Counted from the first letter of the stretch, positions 20,407-29,959 are shown. The stretch is DNA of 32,709 nt from Gammaproteobacteria bacterium (GCA_039915825.1 JBDSMM010000070.1:1-32709), one strand, 5' to 3'. The notes: generated by a model not told the origin, from the sequence alone. Numbers and translations: made by a program.

Positions 20407-20438
20407 CGAATACCGCAGCAATCATGATGCGGTATTCG
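20407..20438 (+). terminator. 11-bp perfect hairpin downstream of fbp; possible terminator
   Basis: cgaataccgca-gcaatcatga-tgcggtattcg, 24 nt after the fbp stop. The T-rich run (ttaattattttt) begins ~17 nt after the stem, so this is not a textbook intrinsic terminator. Confidence 0.4.
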
Positions 20439-20644
20439 TCGTCCGTACGTCTTCTTAATTATTTTTGCGATAGTGGGGAGACCGCTTACCCAAGGCATAT
20501 GAGCTTCGAGCTCACCCTGATATCGCACATGACGAACACTGCAAAGTGCGCTATGCTGGATCCAGAGTAACATTACCTATATCTACGCAAGGTGCGTATG
20601 GACCGGGCATGAAGCCCATCGAACGCTTATCAAGGAGACGGTAC

Positions 20645-21475
20645 ATGGACTACAAAATTGTAATTTCCCTCATTTATATTATGGCGGGTCTGAGCTTCGC
20701 GCCTGCGCTGTCCCTGGCGCAGGAACCACCCGCTGCGCAGGCAAAGGAAATGTCCGACGCTAACAAAAGTTCCGATATCACTTCCTTAACTAAACAGGCC
20801 GAGTCGGGAGACGTCGCCGCGCAATTTAATTTAGCTAAACGCTACGACAAAGGCGATGGTGTTGAGCAGGATTTTACAGCTGCGCTGAATTGGTATAAAA
20901 AGGCGGCGGCACAGGGCGATACCAAGGCACAGACCAACCTGGGGTTCATGTACGCCGATGGCCGGGGCGTCGAACAAAGTTATGCCGAGGCGGTGAAATG
21001 GTATAACAAGGCCGCCGAGCAAGGTGATGTCGTTGCACAAACGAATCTGGCCGCAGTTTACGCTTTGGGCCAGAGCGGTATTGCGAAAGATGTTGCTGCG
21101 GCGTTGAAGTGGTATCGCAAGGCCGCAGAGCAAGGCTCAGCCCATGCCCAGAATAAACTCGGACTGATGTATGTAAGGGGCGAAGGTACTGCCAAAGATG
21201 AAGCCGAGGCCGTAACGTGGTTCCAGAAATCGGCGGAACAAGGGTTTGCCGAGGGCCAACACGACCTGGGAGTTATGTACGAAGAAGGCAAGGGCGTCAA
21301 ACAGAACTATGAAGAAGCAGCAAAATGGTATTTGCGCGCGGCCAATCAAGGTTACGGCTATGCGCAGAATAACCTGGGCTGGATGTACGCTACCGGCCGC
21401 GGCGTGCCTAAGAACATAGAGGAATCGGTAAAGTGGTTTAAAAAGGCCACGGTTTCCATGAGTCAGCAACGTTAA
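20645..21475 (+). CDS. Secreted Sel1-like repeat (SLR/TPR-family) protein with six repeats
   Basis: Start placed at the ATG at 20645 (MDYKIVISLIYIMAGLSFAPALSLAQEP, signal-peptide-like), preceded by aggaga. Six ~36-aa units fit the pattern AxxGdxxAQxxLGxMYxxGxGVxxdxxxAxxWyxKA. Confidence 0.88.
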   Translation: MDYKIVISLIYIMAGLSFAPALSLAQEPPAAQAKEMSDANKSSDITSLTKQAESGDVAAQFNLAKRYDKGDGVEQDFTAALNWYKKAAAQGDTKAQTNLGFMYADGRGVEQSYAEAVKWYNKAAEQGDVVAQTNLAAVYALGQSGIAKDVAAALKWYRKAAEQGSAHAQNKLGLMYVRGEGTAKDEAEAVTWFQKSAEQGFAEGQHDLGVMYEEGKGVKQNYEEAAKWYLRAANQGYGYAQNNLGWMYATGRGVPKNIEESVKWFKKATVSMSQQR

Positions 21476-21511
21476 TAACGGTTACATCAATATCACAAGG
21501 CTTGACCCTTT

Positions 21512-23410
21512 TTATAAGGATTCGAGCTTGTCCCAGCGTGCATAGGCTGCCTGCAACTCGGCATTGATTATGTCGAGCTGAGCGGTGGCCTTAATAAAAC
21601 CTTCCCGGTCGCGCTGGTAAGAATCCGCTTGGGCAAGCACGGCATTCAGACGGGCTTGGGCCTCCTCCAGTTCTTCGATTCTCCCCGGCAGAGATTCCAG
21701 TTCGCGTTGTTCTTTATAGCTGACCTTGGCGCGCGTAGCTTGTGGCTTCGCCTGTGGTTTAGCCGGGATACTTGCCTGGACAGGGGTTGTATCAGGTATT
21801 CTAGAGGGACGTTGGCGTAGCCAATCTTCGTACCCGCCGACGTATTCAGTGACCCTGCCCTCCCCTTCGAATACCAGCACACTGGTAACTACATTGTCCA
21901 GAAATGCCCGGTCATGGCTGACGAGCAGCAACGTGCCCTGATAAGAAATGAGCAATTCTTCAAGCAGCTCTAACGTCTCGATATCCAGATCATTGGTCGG
22001 CTCATCCATCACCAGCAGATTGGCGGGCTGCGTGAACAGACGCGCCAGCAATAAACGATTGCACTCACCGCCCGACAGCGATTTTACCGGCGAGCGAGCG
22101 CGCTCCGGCGCGAACAAAAAATCGCTGAGATAGGAAATAATATGTTTGGATTTACCATTGATAGTTACCGTATCGCCGCCGTCGGTGATGTTATCGATAA
22201 CCGAGCGCTCGGGGTCAAGGTGGGCGCGCAACTGATCGAAATAAGCGACCTGAAGTTTGGTGCCGTGACGAACCATGCCTGTATCCGGTTCGATATCGCC
22301 CAACAATAATCGCAATAGCGTTGTCTTGCCTGCCCCGTTCGGGCCAATCAAACCGATGCGGTCGCCGCGCTGGATGCGCAGCGATAAATCTTTCACCAGT
22401 GGCGTGCCACCATACGATTTAGCAATATTATCGGCCTCAATCACCAGCTTGCCGGAGGCTGGGCCCGCGTCAAGATCAAGCCGCACTTTTCCTCCCTGGC
22501 TACGCCGCTTGGCATGTTCTTCCCGCAGCGCATAAAGTGCGCGTACCCTGCCTTCATTGCGCGTGCGCCGCGCCTGAATGCCCTTGCGTATCCACACCTC
22601 CTCTTGCGCCAGCCGCTTGTCGAATTTGGCGGCGTGGTCGGCCTCTACGGCGAGGTTTTCCTCTTTTTTGCGCAGGTATTGTTCGTAATCGCCTGGCCAT
22701 GAAGTCAATTGGCCGCGATCAAGCTCGACGATGCGCGTGGCCAGGTGTTTGAGCAAGGTGCGGTCGTGGGTGATGAACAACAGCCCGCCGTTAAAATTTA
22801 GCAGTAATTCCTCGAGCCATTGAATCGCCTCGATATCGAGGTGATTAGTGGGCTCGTCCAACAACAGCAAATCCGGCTCGGAGACCAAGGCCTGCGCCAG
22901 TGCCACGCGCCGCTTCCATCCGCCGGACAGTTCATCCAGTAATTTGTCGGCGGGCAGATCGAGACGATCAAGAATAGTTTCCATACGCTGCTGAAAACGC
23001 CAGCCGTCCTGCGCCTCAAGCTCGTGTTGTAAATCGTGCATTTTTTCCAGAAGTTTGGCGGCAACCTCATCGGCCAGCTCCCCTCCGAGCAGGACAACGG
23101 TATGGTGAAAAGCCGCCAATAATTCACCCAGCGACCCCAGACCTTCCGCTACGGCATCGAACACGGTACGCCCCGCTCCCGAGGGCAGATCCTGCGCAAG
23201 ATACGCAACCCGCAATCCCGACTGACGTCGCACCACACCATCATCCGGCAGGATCGCACCGCGGATAATTTGCATTAACGTGGATTTGCCCGCACCGTTG
23301 CGTCCGATCAGACAGACCCGTTCGCCGGCATCCATGGTCAAATCTGCATTGTCTAATAAGGCATGATGTCCAAAGGCAATAGAGACTTTTTCGAAGCTAA
23401 TTAATGGCAT
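21512..23410 (-). CDS. uup: ABC-F family ATPase Uup
   Basis: 632-aa ORF with two ABC cassettes (GRNGAGKST, LSGGWKRRVALAQAL; GPNGAGKTT, LSGGECNRLLLARL). The linker FDKRLAQEEVWIRKGIQARRTRNEGRVRAL is nearly identical to E. coli Uup as I recall it. The C-terminal tail is coiled-coil. Confidence 0.92.
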   Translation of the reverse strand: MPLISFEKVSIAFGHHALLDNADLTMDAGERVCLIGRNGAGKSTLMQIIRGAILPDDGVVRRQSGLRVAYLAQDLPSGAGRTVFDAVAEGLGSLGELLAAFHHTVVLLGGELADEVAAKLLEKMHDLQHELEAQDGWRFQQRMETILDRLDLPADKLLDELSGGWKRRVALAQALVSEPDLLLLDEPTNHLDIEAIQWLEELLLNFNGGLLFITHDRTLLKHLATRIVELDRGQLTSWPGDYEQYLRKKEENLAVEADHAAKFDKRLAQEEVWIRKGIQARRTRNEGRVRALYALREEHAKRRSQGGKVRLDLDAGPASGKLVIEADNIAKSYGGTPLVKDLSLRIQRGDRIGLIGPNGAGKTTLLRLLLGDIEPDTGMVRHGTKLQVAYFDQLRAHLDPERSVIDNITDGGDTVTINGKSKHIISYLSDFLFAPERARSPVKSLSGGECNRLLLARLFTQPANLLVMDEPTNDLDIETLELLEELLISYQGTLLLVSHDRAFLDNVVTSVLVFEGEGRVTEYVGGYEDWLRQRPSRIPDTTPVQASIPAKPQAKPQATRAKVSYKEQRELESLPGRIEELEEAQARLNAVLAQADSYQRDREGFIKATAQLDIINAELQAAYARWDKLESL

Positions 23411-23490
23411 AAATTGGTTTAAGTTCTTATTTTAAGTAATTGATACTAAATGAAAGTGCACTTAAAAATAAATTGCTATATTTAGGTCGT

Positions 23491-23530
23491 AAATAACAAA
23501 GGGCGCAGGCTGTGCAGGCGCTGCGCCCTT
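23491..23530 (-). terminator. Rho-independent terminator of the EF-hand gene
   Basis: A 10-bp stem aagggcgcag/ctgcgccctt (23499-23508 / 23521-23530) is followed on the minus-strand transcript by UUUGUUAUUU. Confidence 0.7.
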
Positions 23531-23558
23531 CTGTAAGGCAAAGGTAAAACTACTTAAA

Positions 23559-23825
23559 TCATGGTTTCGGGGTAATCCTGCGGTTATCCTCGCCGCCTAT
23601 ACGCAAGTAGGCATATTCCTCGGGCTCCAGCATCTTGCTGTCATTTTTATCCATGTATTGAAAAACAACCGGCAGGCCCTGCAGCCCCTTGGCTTCTTCC
23701 ATGTTTATCAGACCATCTTTATCGGTATCCAGCACCTCGAAGGCTGGAGCGGCGGGAACACTGGCGGCAAACAACAATCCTGCCAGCGAGGTTACGGTCA
23801 AACTCATCAATAGTGGGATTTTCAT
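23559..23825 (-). CDS. Small secreted EF-hand calcium-binding protein (88 aa)
   Basis: Signal peptide MKIPLLMSLTVTSLAGLLFAASVPAAPA. Canonical 12-residue EF loop DTDKDGLINMEE and a second loop-like DKNDSKMLEPEE. Confidence 0.75.
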   Translation of the reverse strand: MKIPLLMSLTVTSLAGLLFAASVPAAPAFEVLDTDKDGLINMEEAKGLQGLPVVFQYMDKNDSKMLEPEEYAYLRIGGEDNRRITPKP

Positions 23826-23962
23826 AGAACTCCTTCAGGAAGTTGGTGGATATTGAAGCCTGCCGCGCTCCCCGACTTATGACGCGGACCAGCATTTAAC
23901 TCTATCGTAAGCAGAGACACAAGGTAAGACCGCTCAAATCGGCGAATATTGCACGAGCTGCG

Positions 23963-24292
23963 TCATTTTCGTTGCGCCGCATGCTTAGCCGTGCTTACCA
24001 GCAGCACGCCGCCGAAGATAATTAATATTCCCATGGCTAGGCCCGCGCTCAGTGTTTCGCCGAGCACCCCCAGCCCAATACCAATACCACTGACACTACA
24101 GGATTGCCTAGGATAGGTGCCCAGCAAAACTGGCGTCACGGTATGCGGCAACCCGCTATAAACAGCATAGCTCGTAGAGCCGAACACCATCAGATACGGG
24201 AGCGCGCCTATACCGTTAAAAGTTCGAACCCCAGACCAGATACACGTAAGTAAGGCCAGGATGATTTTAAAGCGCAGGCTAAGCTTGAGCAT
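23963..24292 (-). CDS. Small membrane protein resembling a single or truncated EamA (DMT) domain
   Basis: 109-aa hydrophobic ORF whose C-terminus GVLGETLSAGLAMGILIIFGGVLLVS matches the usual end of an EamA domain. Only 68 nt of AT-rich spacer lie upstream, so there is no room for a second half. It may be a gene remnant. Confidence 0.45.
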   Translation of the reverse strand: MLKLSLRFKIILALLTCIWSGVRTFNGIGALPYLMVFGSTSYAVYSGLPHTVTPVLLGTYPRQSCSVSGIGIGLGVLGETLSAGLAMGILIIFGGVLLVSTAKHAAQRK

Positions 24293-24360
24293 GCAGGCAG
24301 ATATTATTTTTAAATAAACTATATAATCAATAGATTAAACATTTTAATGAATGTTTAACT

Positions 24361-25647
24361 TTAAACTGATTGACGATGTCCTGTGGGCTTCCAGGCGGGT
24401 GCGATGACATTAGGCATAACAGAGCGACCTAACAAACGTGCCGGCGCAACGGTAAATTCACCGTAGCGCCGATTGATTTTATCGACAATGCCATTAAGCA
24501 CCTCCGCTTTATCCGGCGACGTGAACAGACCCAACTGCAGGCCGTGCGCCTGCGGATCGAGCGCCGTGACCTGCACCTGCGAGACAGGCTCGCCGTGCCA
24601 GTTATTTTCCATCATGGCGCGGCACAGCTGATAAATAGCCTTGCCATCGCTGCTGGGTTCGGCCAGGCGCGGCTTATGACCGAGCCATCCGTCCGCCACG
24701 CGCAGGCCTATAAAAAAATGCTGCGCCTGCAGTTCATGGCGGCGCAGCCGCGCACCCACCTTTTCGCTCATGTGCAGGAAATAAGTCAGTAACACATCGC
24801 GCTCGCGCGTTCCCGGCGGGACGACCTTGCCGTGGCCTAGCGTTTTGGGAGCGGCCACGTCGAGCTGTACCTTGGCGGGATCTTCGCCCCGGCACATTAA
24901 CCATATATGCCGGCCGAGATTACCCAAACGCTCCGCCAGCACACTGACCGGCAAGCGCCCGACATCACCGCAGGTAACAGCCCCGCGCGCGGCAAGAAAT
25001 CCGCCTATCCCCGCAGCGATACCCGACAGCGCCGTGGCCGGTTCATGCTCCAAACGCGCCCGAGCCTCACCCGGTGGGATCACAGTAAAACCATTCGGCT
25101 TCACCAGGTTCGCGGCAAATTTGGCCATCGCCTTATTGCCGCTTATGCCTATTGAACAGGGCAAACCGCTGGCCGCCTGCACCTTGGCCTGCACCATATG
25201 ACCCATACGCTCCGGGCTACCGTGCAAGCTCTGGCAATGCGTCAGATCCAGGAAGGCCTCGTCCACGGAAAATACCTCGACGTCCGGGCTGACATCGTGC
25301 AAGGCCAACATAATGGCCGTGGAAATAGCGGCATACACCTGGGGGCGCGCCGGGCGCTGCACAATGCCCGGACATAGCAACCGCGCCTCGCGCAGGTGCA
25401 TGCCGGTATGCACGCCAAACGCGCGCGCCTCATACGAACAGGTAATGATCGTCGTACCCTGCTCGCCATTGGTCACCGCCACCGGGCGGCCGCGCAACTC
25501 AGGGAAATCGCGTTGCTCGACCGAGGCAAAAAAGGCATTCATGTCGACATGCAGGATGGCAGATGGCCAAATAGGGAGGCAAATCTTGGCAGGCTTAACC
25601 GGCAAGGTATCGTCCTGCGTAACACTTTTTTCCAAGATACTCATCAA
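24361..25647 (-). CDS. Y-family DNA polymerase (DinB/Pol IV-like), 428 aa
   Basis: Catalytic motifs ILHVDMNAFFASVEQ and SVDEAFLDLT, CSIGISGNKAMAKFA, and palm/fingers/little-finger length. I cannot determine its orthology to dinB versus another Y-family subgroup. Confidence 0.88.
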   Translation of the reverse strand: MMSILEKSVTQDDTLPVKPAKICLPIWPSAILHVDMNAFFASVEQRDFPELRGRPVAVTNGEQGTTIITCSYEARAFGVHTGMHLREARLLCPGIVQRPARPQVYAAISTAIMLALHDVSPDVEVFSVDEAFLDLTHCQSLHGSPERMGHMVQAKVQAASGLPCSIGISGNKAMAKFAANLVKPNGFTVIPPGEARARLEHEPATALSGIAAGIGGFLAARGAVTCGDVGRLPVSVLAERLGNLGRHIWLMCRGEDPAKVQLDVAAPKTLGHGKVVPPGTRERDVLLTYFLHMSEKVGARLRRHELQAQHFFIGLRVADGWLGHKPRLAEPSSDGKAIYQLCRAMMENNWHGEPVSQVQVTALDPQAHGLQLGLFTSPDKAEVLNGIVDKINRRYGEFTVAPARLLGRSVMPNVIAPAWKPTGHRQSV

Positions 25648-25888
25648 CTCGTCCTGGCAAAACGATGGTGGTGGTGCGCGTTCACACAGTTTTGCGCTAG
25701 CGCGGCGGGGTAATCTTGATTGTCAGCTTAACCCGGCCTAGCAAACTGTAGGCGTCGTTACGGACCATTATGGAACCCATTGGATTGCCCTGTAAAGTCA
25801 GACTCGTCGTTCCTTTAATACGAACGGAACACGGCTGCCGGTGTCTCATGAAAATGAAGTTTATCCGCTTCTTTTTGGGCAAAAACTT

Positions 25889-26083
25889 ATGATCTGCCCC
25901 TACAATTGCCAGCCCTGCTCGCGCCCCCTATGTTATGCCGAGGGCTGTAAGATCATGGGTGAATTTCCGCTGACGCCGTGCGAACCCTGCGGGGAATTGC
26001 ATATCGTCTTTGTATACCCGCCAACCTGCCGGGAATGCCACGATAAGGCGGCGCTCGTTGAACAGGGTACGGCCGTAAAATAA
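25889..26083 (+). CDS. Hypothetical small Cys-rich protein (64 aa from the ATG at 25889; 80 aa if the GTG at 25841 is used), 25 nt upstream of ku
   Basis: MICPYNCQPCSRPLCYAEGCKIMGEFPLTPCEPCGELHIVFVYPPTCRECHDKAALVEQGTAVK has nine Cys, including CxxC-x12-CxxC (zinc-ribbon-like). Third-position GC looks coding-like. There is no convincing Shine-Dalgarno and I recognise no family. Confidence 0.45.
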   Translation: MICPYNCQPCSRPLCYAEGCKIMGEFPLTPCEPCGELHIVFVYPPTCRECHDKAALVEQGTAVK

Positions 26084-26108
26084 CAGACGCATTAAGCAGG
26101 GAGGCAGC

Positions 26109-27002
26109 ATGGCACGCGAGATATGGAAGGGGGCAATCAGCTTTGGGCTGGTGAATATTCCCGTCAACTTGTATTCCGGGGAGAAACCTAATGAATTAAA
26201 ATTCAGCCTGCTGGATCGCCGCAACATGGCGCCTGTGGGTTATAAGCGTTTTAATAAAGAAACCGGCAAGGAGGTACCCTGGGAAGAAATCGTAAAGGGC
26301 TACGAGTACGAGAAGGATCAATACGTGGTATTAAGCGATGAAGATTTCCGTCACGCCAACGTCAAGGCAACCCAGACCGTGGATATCATCGCCTTCATCC
26401 AGGCGAGCGAGATTGATCCCATCTATTTCGAAAAACCCTACTACCTCACACCGGGCAAGAAGGGTGAAAAAGGCTATGCCTTATTACGCGAGGTGCTGCG
26501 CCAAACCGGCAAAATCGGCATAGCCTCACTGGTGATCCATACGCGTCAGCATGTCGCGGCCATCATCCCGCATGGAAATATATTGCTGCTGGAATTGTTA
26601 CGTTTCGCCAATGAATTGCGTGATCCCGAGGAATATGACGTGCCGGAGGCTGATCTTTCCGCCATCGGGGTAACGAAGAAAGAACTCGCCATGGCCGAGC
26701 AGCTGGTCGAGGGCATGAGCGATAAGTGGGATCCCAAGTCGTATCACGACGATTACCGCGACGACCTCCTGGCCCTGGTAGAAAAAAAGATCAAGGCGGG
26801 CCAATCGCAGACGATTACCGAACCGGATGCGGATGAACAAGCGCCGCGTTCTGATAATGTCATTGATCTCATGAAATTATTAAAGCGTAGCGTGGAAGCG
26901 ACCGGGAAGGCGGCACCCGCCAAAAGTCCCTCACCCCGAAAAACAGGTCCGCACACGAAGGCAAAGGCGCCCGTTAAAAAACGCGCACGGTCTGGTACAT
27001 AG
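26109..27002 (+). CDS. ku: Non-homologous end-joining protein Ku
   Basis: MAREIWKGAISFGLVNIPVNLYSG is the canonical bacterial Ku N-terminus. It has a Ku core and a Lys/Ala/Pro-rich basic C-terminal tail. A gggagg Shine-Dalgarno lies 5 nt upstream. Confidence 0.95.
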   Translation: MAREIWKGAISFGLVNIPVNLYSGEKPNELKFSLLDRRNMAPVGYKRFNKETGKEVPWEEIVKGYEYEKDQYVVLSDEDFRHANVKATQTVDIIAFIQASEIDPIYFEKPYYLTPGKKGEKGYALLREVLRQTGKIGIASLVIHTRQHVAAIIPHGNILLLELLRFANELRDPEEYDVPEADLSAIGVTKKELAMAEQLVEGMSDKWDPKSYHDDYRDDLLALVEKKIKAGQSQTITEPDADEQAPRSDNVIDLMKLLKRSVEATGKAAPAKSPSPRKTGPHTKAKAPVKKRARSGT

Positions 27003-27270
27003 TTAGGGATTGAGACTTACGGGAAAGATAATTTCCGCGCGATTCCCACGCCACCGGAAAATTTAAAAAAATGATGCGCCTCTTTTTTTACAGATTGGCA
27101 GCTTAGCACTTAGGCTACTACGTGATCGACCCTTATATCCGTATGCTTTGACGTCTCGATATTACCCGCCTATAGTGAATAAGTAGAGACTTGATTTAAT
27201 TACCACCTCACCCCGCCGGATGTATTAGGCGAAGCGAATTCTTTCGCTGTAGTTACTTAGCGACACCTGC

Positions 27271-29433
27271 ATGCTCAATGCGAAAGGTTCCAGGATTGAT
27301 CCGCACATGAAAGCCGCGCCTGATTATAGGCCCATCCGTCCAAGCCGCTGGTTGCAACACCCGGCGCTCAAAATTGCGGCGCTTTACGCGCTGTTTGGCG
27401 GCTTGTGGATCGTATTCTCCGATGCAATCTTGCTATGGATGCTACGTGGCATAGCCGACCCACAAATCATCACCCGCTTGCAAACAATCAAAGGTTGGTT
27501 TTTTATCGCCGCCACCGCTTGGCTACTGTACCTGCTTATACAGCGCAGTATGAAGGCGATTCAACATTCCGAGAAGGCAGTACGGCAAAGCGAGGAGTGG
27601 CTCCAGGCCATCTTGGATAATACCACTGCGGTCATTTATGCCAAGGATACGCAAGGGCGTTTCCTGCTGGTGAATCATCAGCTTGAAACTCTTTTTCACA
27701 GAGATAAAAGCACCATCCTCGGCAAGACTGACCATGAAATTTTACCTCAAGAAATCGCCGATAATTTTCGCAGCAACGATCTACAGGTATTGCAGTCGAA
27801 GTCTGCACAGGAATACGAGGAGGTTTCCCTGCAAGACAATGAAATTCATACCTATATCTCCCTGAAGTTCCCCTTACTAGATTCTGAAGGAGAGCCTTAC
27901 GCAGTCTGTGGTATCTCCACCGATATTACCAAGCTGAAAAAGGCCGAGCTTGCTCACCAAGAGGTAAATCAACACATTGCCGATATACTGGCCGGCATCA
28001 CCGATGCATTCGTTGCACTGGATAAAAACTGGCGCTATACGTATGTAAATGAAAAGGCCGGGCAGCTGCTGGGAAGGCTCCCTGAATATCTTATTGGTAA
28101 AAATATCTGGGAAGAGTTTCCAGAAGGAATCGGACAGCCCTTTTACCATGTTTACCACAAGGCCATCGAGGAGCAGATTCCCATCCAATTCGAGGATTAT
28201 TACGTCCCTTGGGAACGCTGGTTTGATAACCGTGTTTACCCCACCAAGGACGGCATTTCAATCTTCTTTAACGATATCAGCGATCGCAAACAGGTGGAAA
28301 TAAAGCTACAGGAGAGTGAGGAAAAATTTCATAACTTAGCCGAGACAACCTCCGCCGGAATATTTATTTATCAAAATGACCGGTTAGTGTATGTCAATTC
28401 GGCAGGTGAAAAATTGAGCGGTTACAGCCGTGAGGAACTGCTTACCCAGAAATTCGGGGACATTGCGCATCCTGAGTTCAGAGAATCCGTTATAGAGCGG
28501 GGCCTGGCACATCAGCAAGTCAAGGCTGGGTCAGCCAACTATGAATGTAAGATGATCGCCAAGGATGGTCAAGAAAAGTGGATGGACTTAACCATGGGCA
28601 CGGTAGTCATTGGCGGTCAAAATGCCGGGCTGTGCACAGTCTATGATATTACCGAACATAAACACGCGGAGGCTGAGATACTGCGTTTAAACGCCGAACT
28701 TGAGCAGCGCGTGATCGAACGCACCGCCCAGCTTGCCTATGCCAACAAAGAACTCGAGGCGTTTTCTTATTCGATCTCGCATGACTTGCGTGCCCCGCTG
28801 CGCGCCATCAGCGGATTCTCTCAAATTATCTGCCGACGGCACAGCGACAATTTAAACGAAGAAGGCCGTCATTACATGGACAACATTGTGCAGGCCAGCG
28901 CCTACATGGCGCGGCTTATTGATGACCTCTTGAACTACGCGCGTTTGGGACGCAAGGCGCTTAACATTCAGCCAGTGGAGTTGTCCGGCCTGCTGACACA
29001 GATCAAGCAGAACTTGGCCAGCCAGATTGCTGAAACCGGGGCTGAGTTAATTATCGAGCCTGATTTACCTACCGTGCCCGGCGACTGGAGTTTATTAAGT
29101 CAAATTTTTGGCAATCTGATCAATAATGCCCTGGTATATCATAAACTCGGCGTACCGCCTCGAATCCGTGTGAGTTGCCGGACAGAGCCCCGACACTTCA
29201 TTTTGAGTGTTGCGGATAACGGGATTGGCATTTCTCCCGAACACCATCAGAAAATATTTAACGTATTTCAGCGCCTGCATACGGATGAGTCCTATCCTGG
29301 CACCGGTATAGGCTTGGCGTTGGTCAGGAAATCGGCGGAGATGTTGCAGGCAAAGGTACGCTTGGAATCTCAGCCCAATAGGGGCAGTACATTCTATATC
29401 GATCTGCCCATATTGCCTCTATCATTCAAATGA
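27271..29433 (+). CDS. Sensor histidine kinase: 2 TM, three PAS domains, HisKA, HATPase_c
   Basis: Two N-terminal hydrophobic helices, then three PAS/PAC-like segments. H-box FSYSISHDLRAPLRAISGF, N-box NLINNALVY, and G-boxes DNGIGI and GTGIGLALV. The start is uncertain; the ATG at 27307 is an alternative. Confidence 0.9.
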   Translation: MLNAKGSRIDPHMKAAPDYRPIRPSRWLQHPALKIAALYALFGGLWIVFSDAILLWMLRGIADPQIITRLQTIKGWFFIAATAWLLYLLIQRSMKAIQHSEKAVRQSEEWLQAILDNTTAVIYAKDTQGRFLLVNHQLETLFHRDKSTILGKTDHEILPQEIADNFRSNDLQVLQSKSAQEYEEVSLQDNEIHTYISLKFPLLDSEGEPYAVCGISTDITKLKKAELAHQEVNQHIADILAGITDAFVALDKNWRYTYVNEKAGQLLGRLPEYLIGKNIWEEFPEGIGQPFYHVYHKAIEEQIPIQFEDYYVPWERWFDNRVYPTKDGISIFFNDISDRKQVEIKLQESEEKFHNLAETTSAGIFIYQNDRLVYVNSAGEKLSGYSREELLTQKFGDIAHPEFRESVIERGLAHQQVKAGSANYECKMIAKDGQEKWMDLTMGTVVIGGQNAGLCTVYDITEHKHAEAEILRLNAELEQRVIERTAQLAYANKELEAFSYSISHDLRAPLRAISGFSQIICRRHSDNLNEEGRHYMDNIVQASAYMARLIDDLLNYARLGRKALNIQPVELSGLLTQIKQNLASQIAETGAELIIEPDLPTVPGDWSLLSQIFGNLINNALVYHKLGVPPRIRVSCRTEPRHFILSVADNGIGISPEHHQKIFNVFQRLHTDESYPGTGIGLALVRKSAEMLQAKVRLESQPNRGSTFYIDLPILPLSFK

Positions 29434-29513
29434 TGTGTTGCAGCCCGATGAAAGTCGGTTGATGATATAGACACATAAGTCGACTCACCCTGTATTGCAT
29501 AAGGGGCTTTGGC

Positions 29514-29957
29514 ATGACCCGGTCAGCGCATATTCTCCTGGTAGAAGATAACCGCATGGACGTGGAACTGACGCTTGACGCCTTCCGCGAAGTACGCTTG
29601 CAAAATACTGTATACGTCAGCTCCACCGGCACAGCGGCTCTTGACTATCTATTTGGCCGCGCTGAATACTTTGATCGTAGTGCCTTTCCATTACCCGATA
29701 TTATCTTGCTTGATCTCAAGCTTCCCGGTGTGAACGGCCACGAAGTATTACGCCAGATCAAGTCAGAGCCTGGGCTCAAACGTCTGCCGGTGATCATCTT
29801 AACCTCCTCGAAAGAAGAGGGTGACCTCACGCTGAGCTACGATTATGGCGCCAACAGCTATCTGGTCAAGCCTATTTCTTTTGAAGGTTTTCTGAACGTG
29901 GTGAGACAGATTGATGACTACTGGATTTCACTCAATATCGGGCCGTCGGAGGGATAG
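29514..29957 (+). CDS. Stand-alone response-regulator receiver (CheY-like)
   Basis: 147 aa with ILLVEDNRMD, phospho-acceptor context IILLDLKLPG, ILTSS and YLVKP. Confidence 0.92.
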   Translation: MTRSAHILLVEDNRMDVELTLDAFREVRLQNTVYVSSTGTAALDYLFGRAEYFDRSAFPLPDIILLDLKLPGVNGHEVLRQIKSEPGLKRLPVIILTSSKEEGDLTLSYDYGANSYLVKPISFEGFLNVVRQIDDYWISLNIGPSEG

Positions 29958-29959
29958 CC

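Noticed and set aside
20358-20573. 69-aa (+) and 71-aa (-) ORFs in the fbp / Sel1 intergenic region
   Set aside because: They are mutually overlapping on opposite strands, and no motifs were recognised. The region also contains the fbp-proximal hairpin. More likely this is non-coding promoter or terminator space.
25648-25840. LexA/SOS operator upstream of the Y-family polymerase
   Set aside because: No CTGT-N8-ACAG match is present. The nearest candidates are CTGT-N8-TTAC and a weak CGTTC-N9-GAACG inverted repeat at 25808-25826. With 5-bp arms the latter is within chance expectation.
25697-25882. 61-aa minus-strand ORF in the polymerase / ku divergent region
   Set aside because: It overlaps the candidate Cys-rich ORF start. 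The sequence is basic and low-complexity, with no ribosome-binding site or family resemblance.
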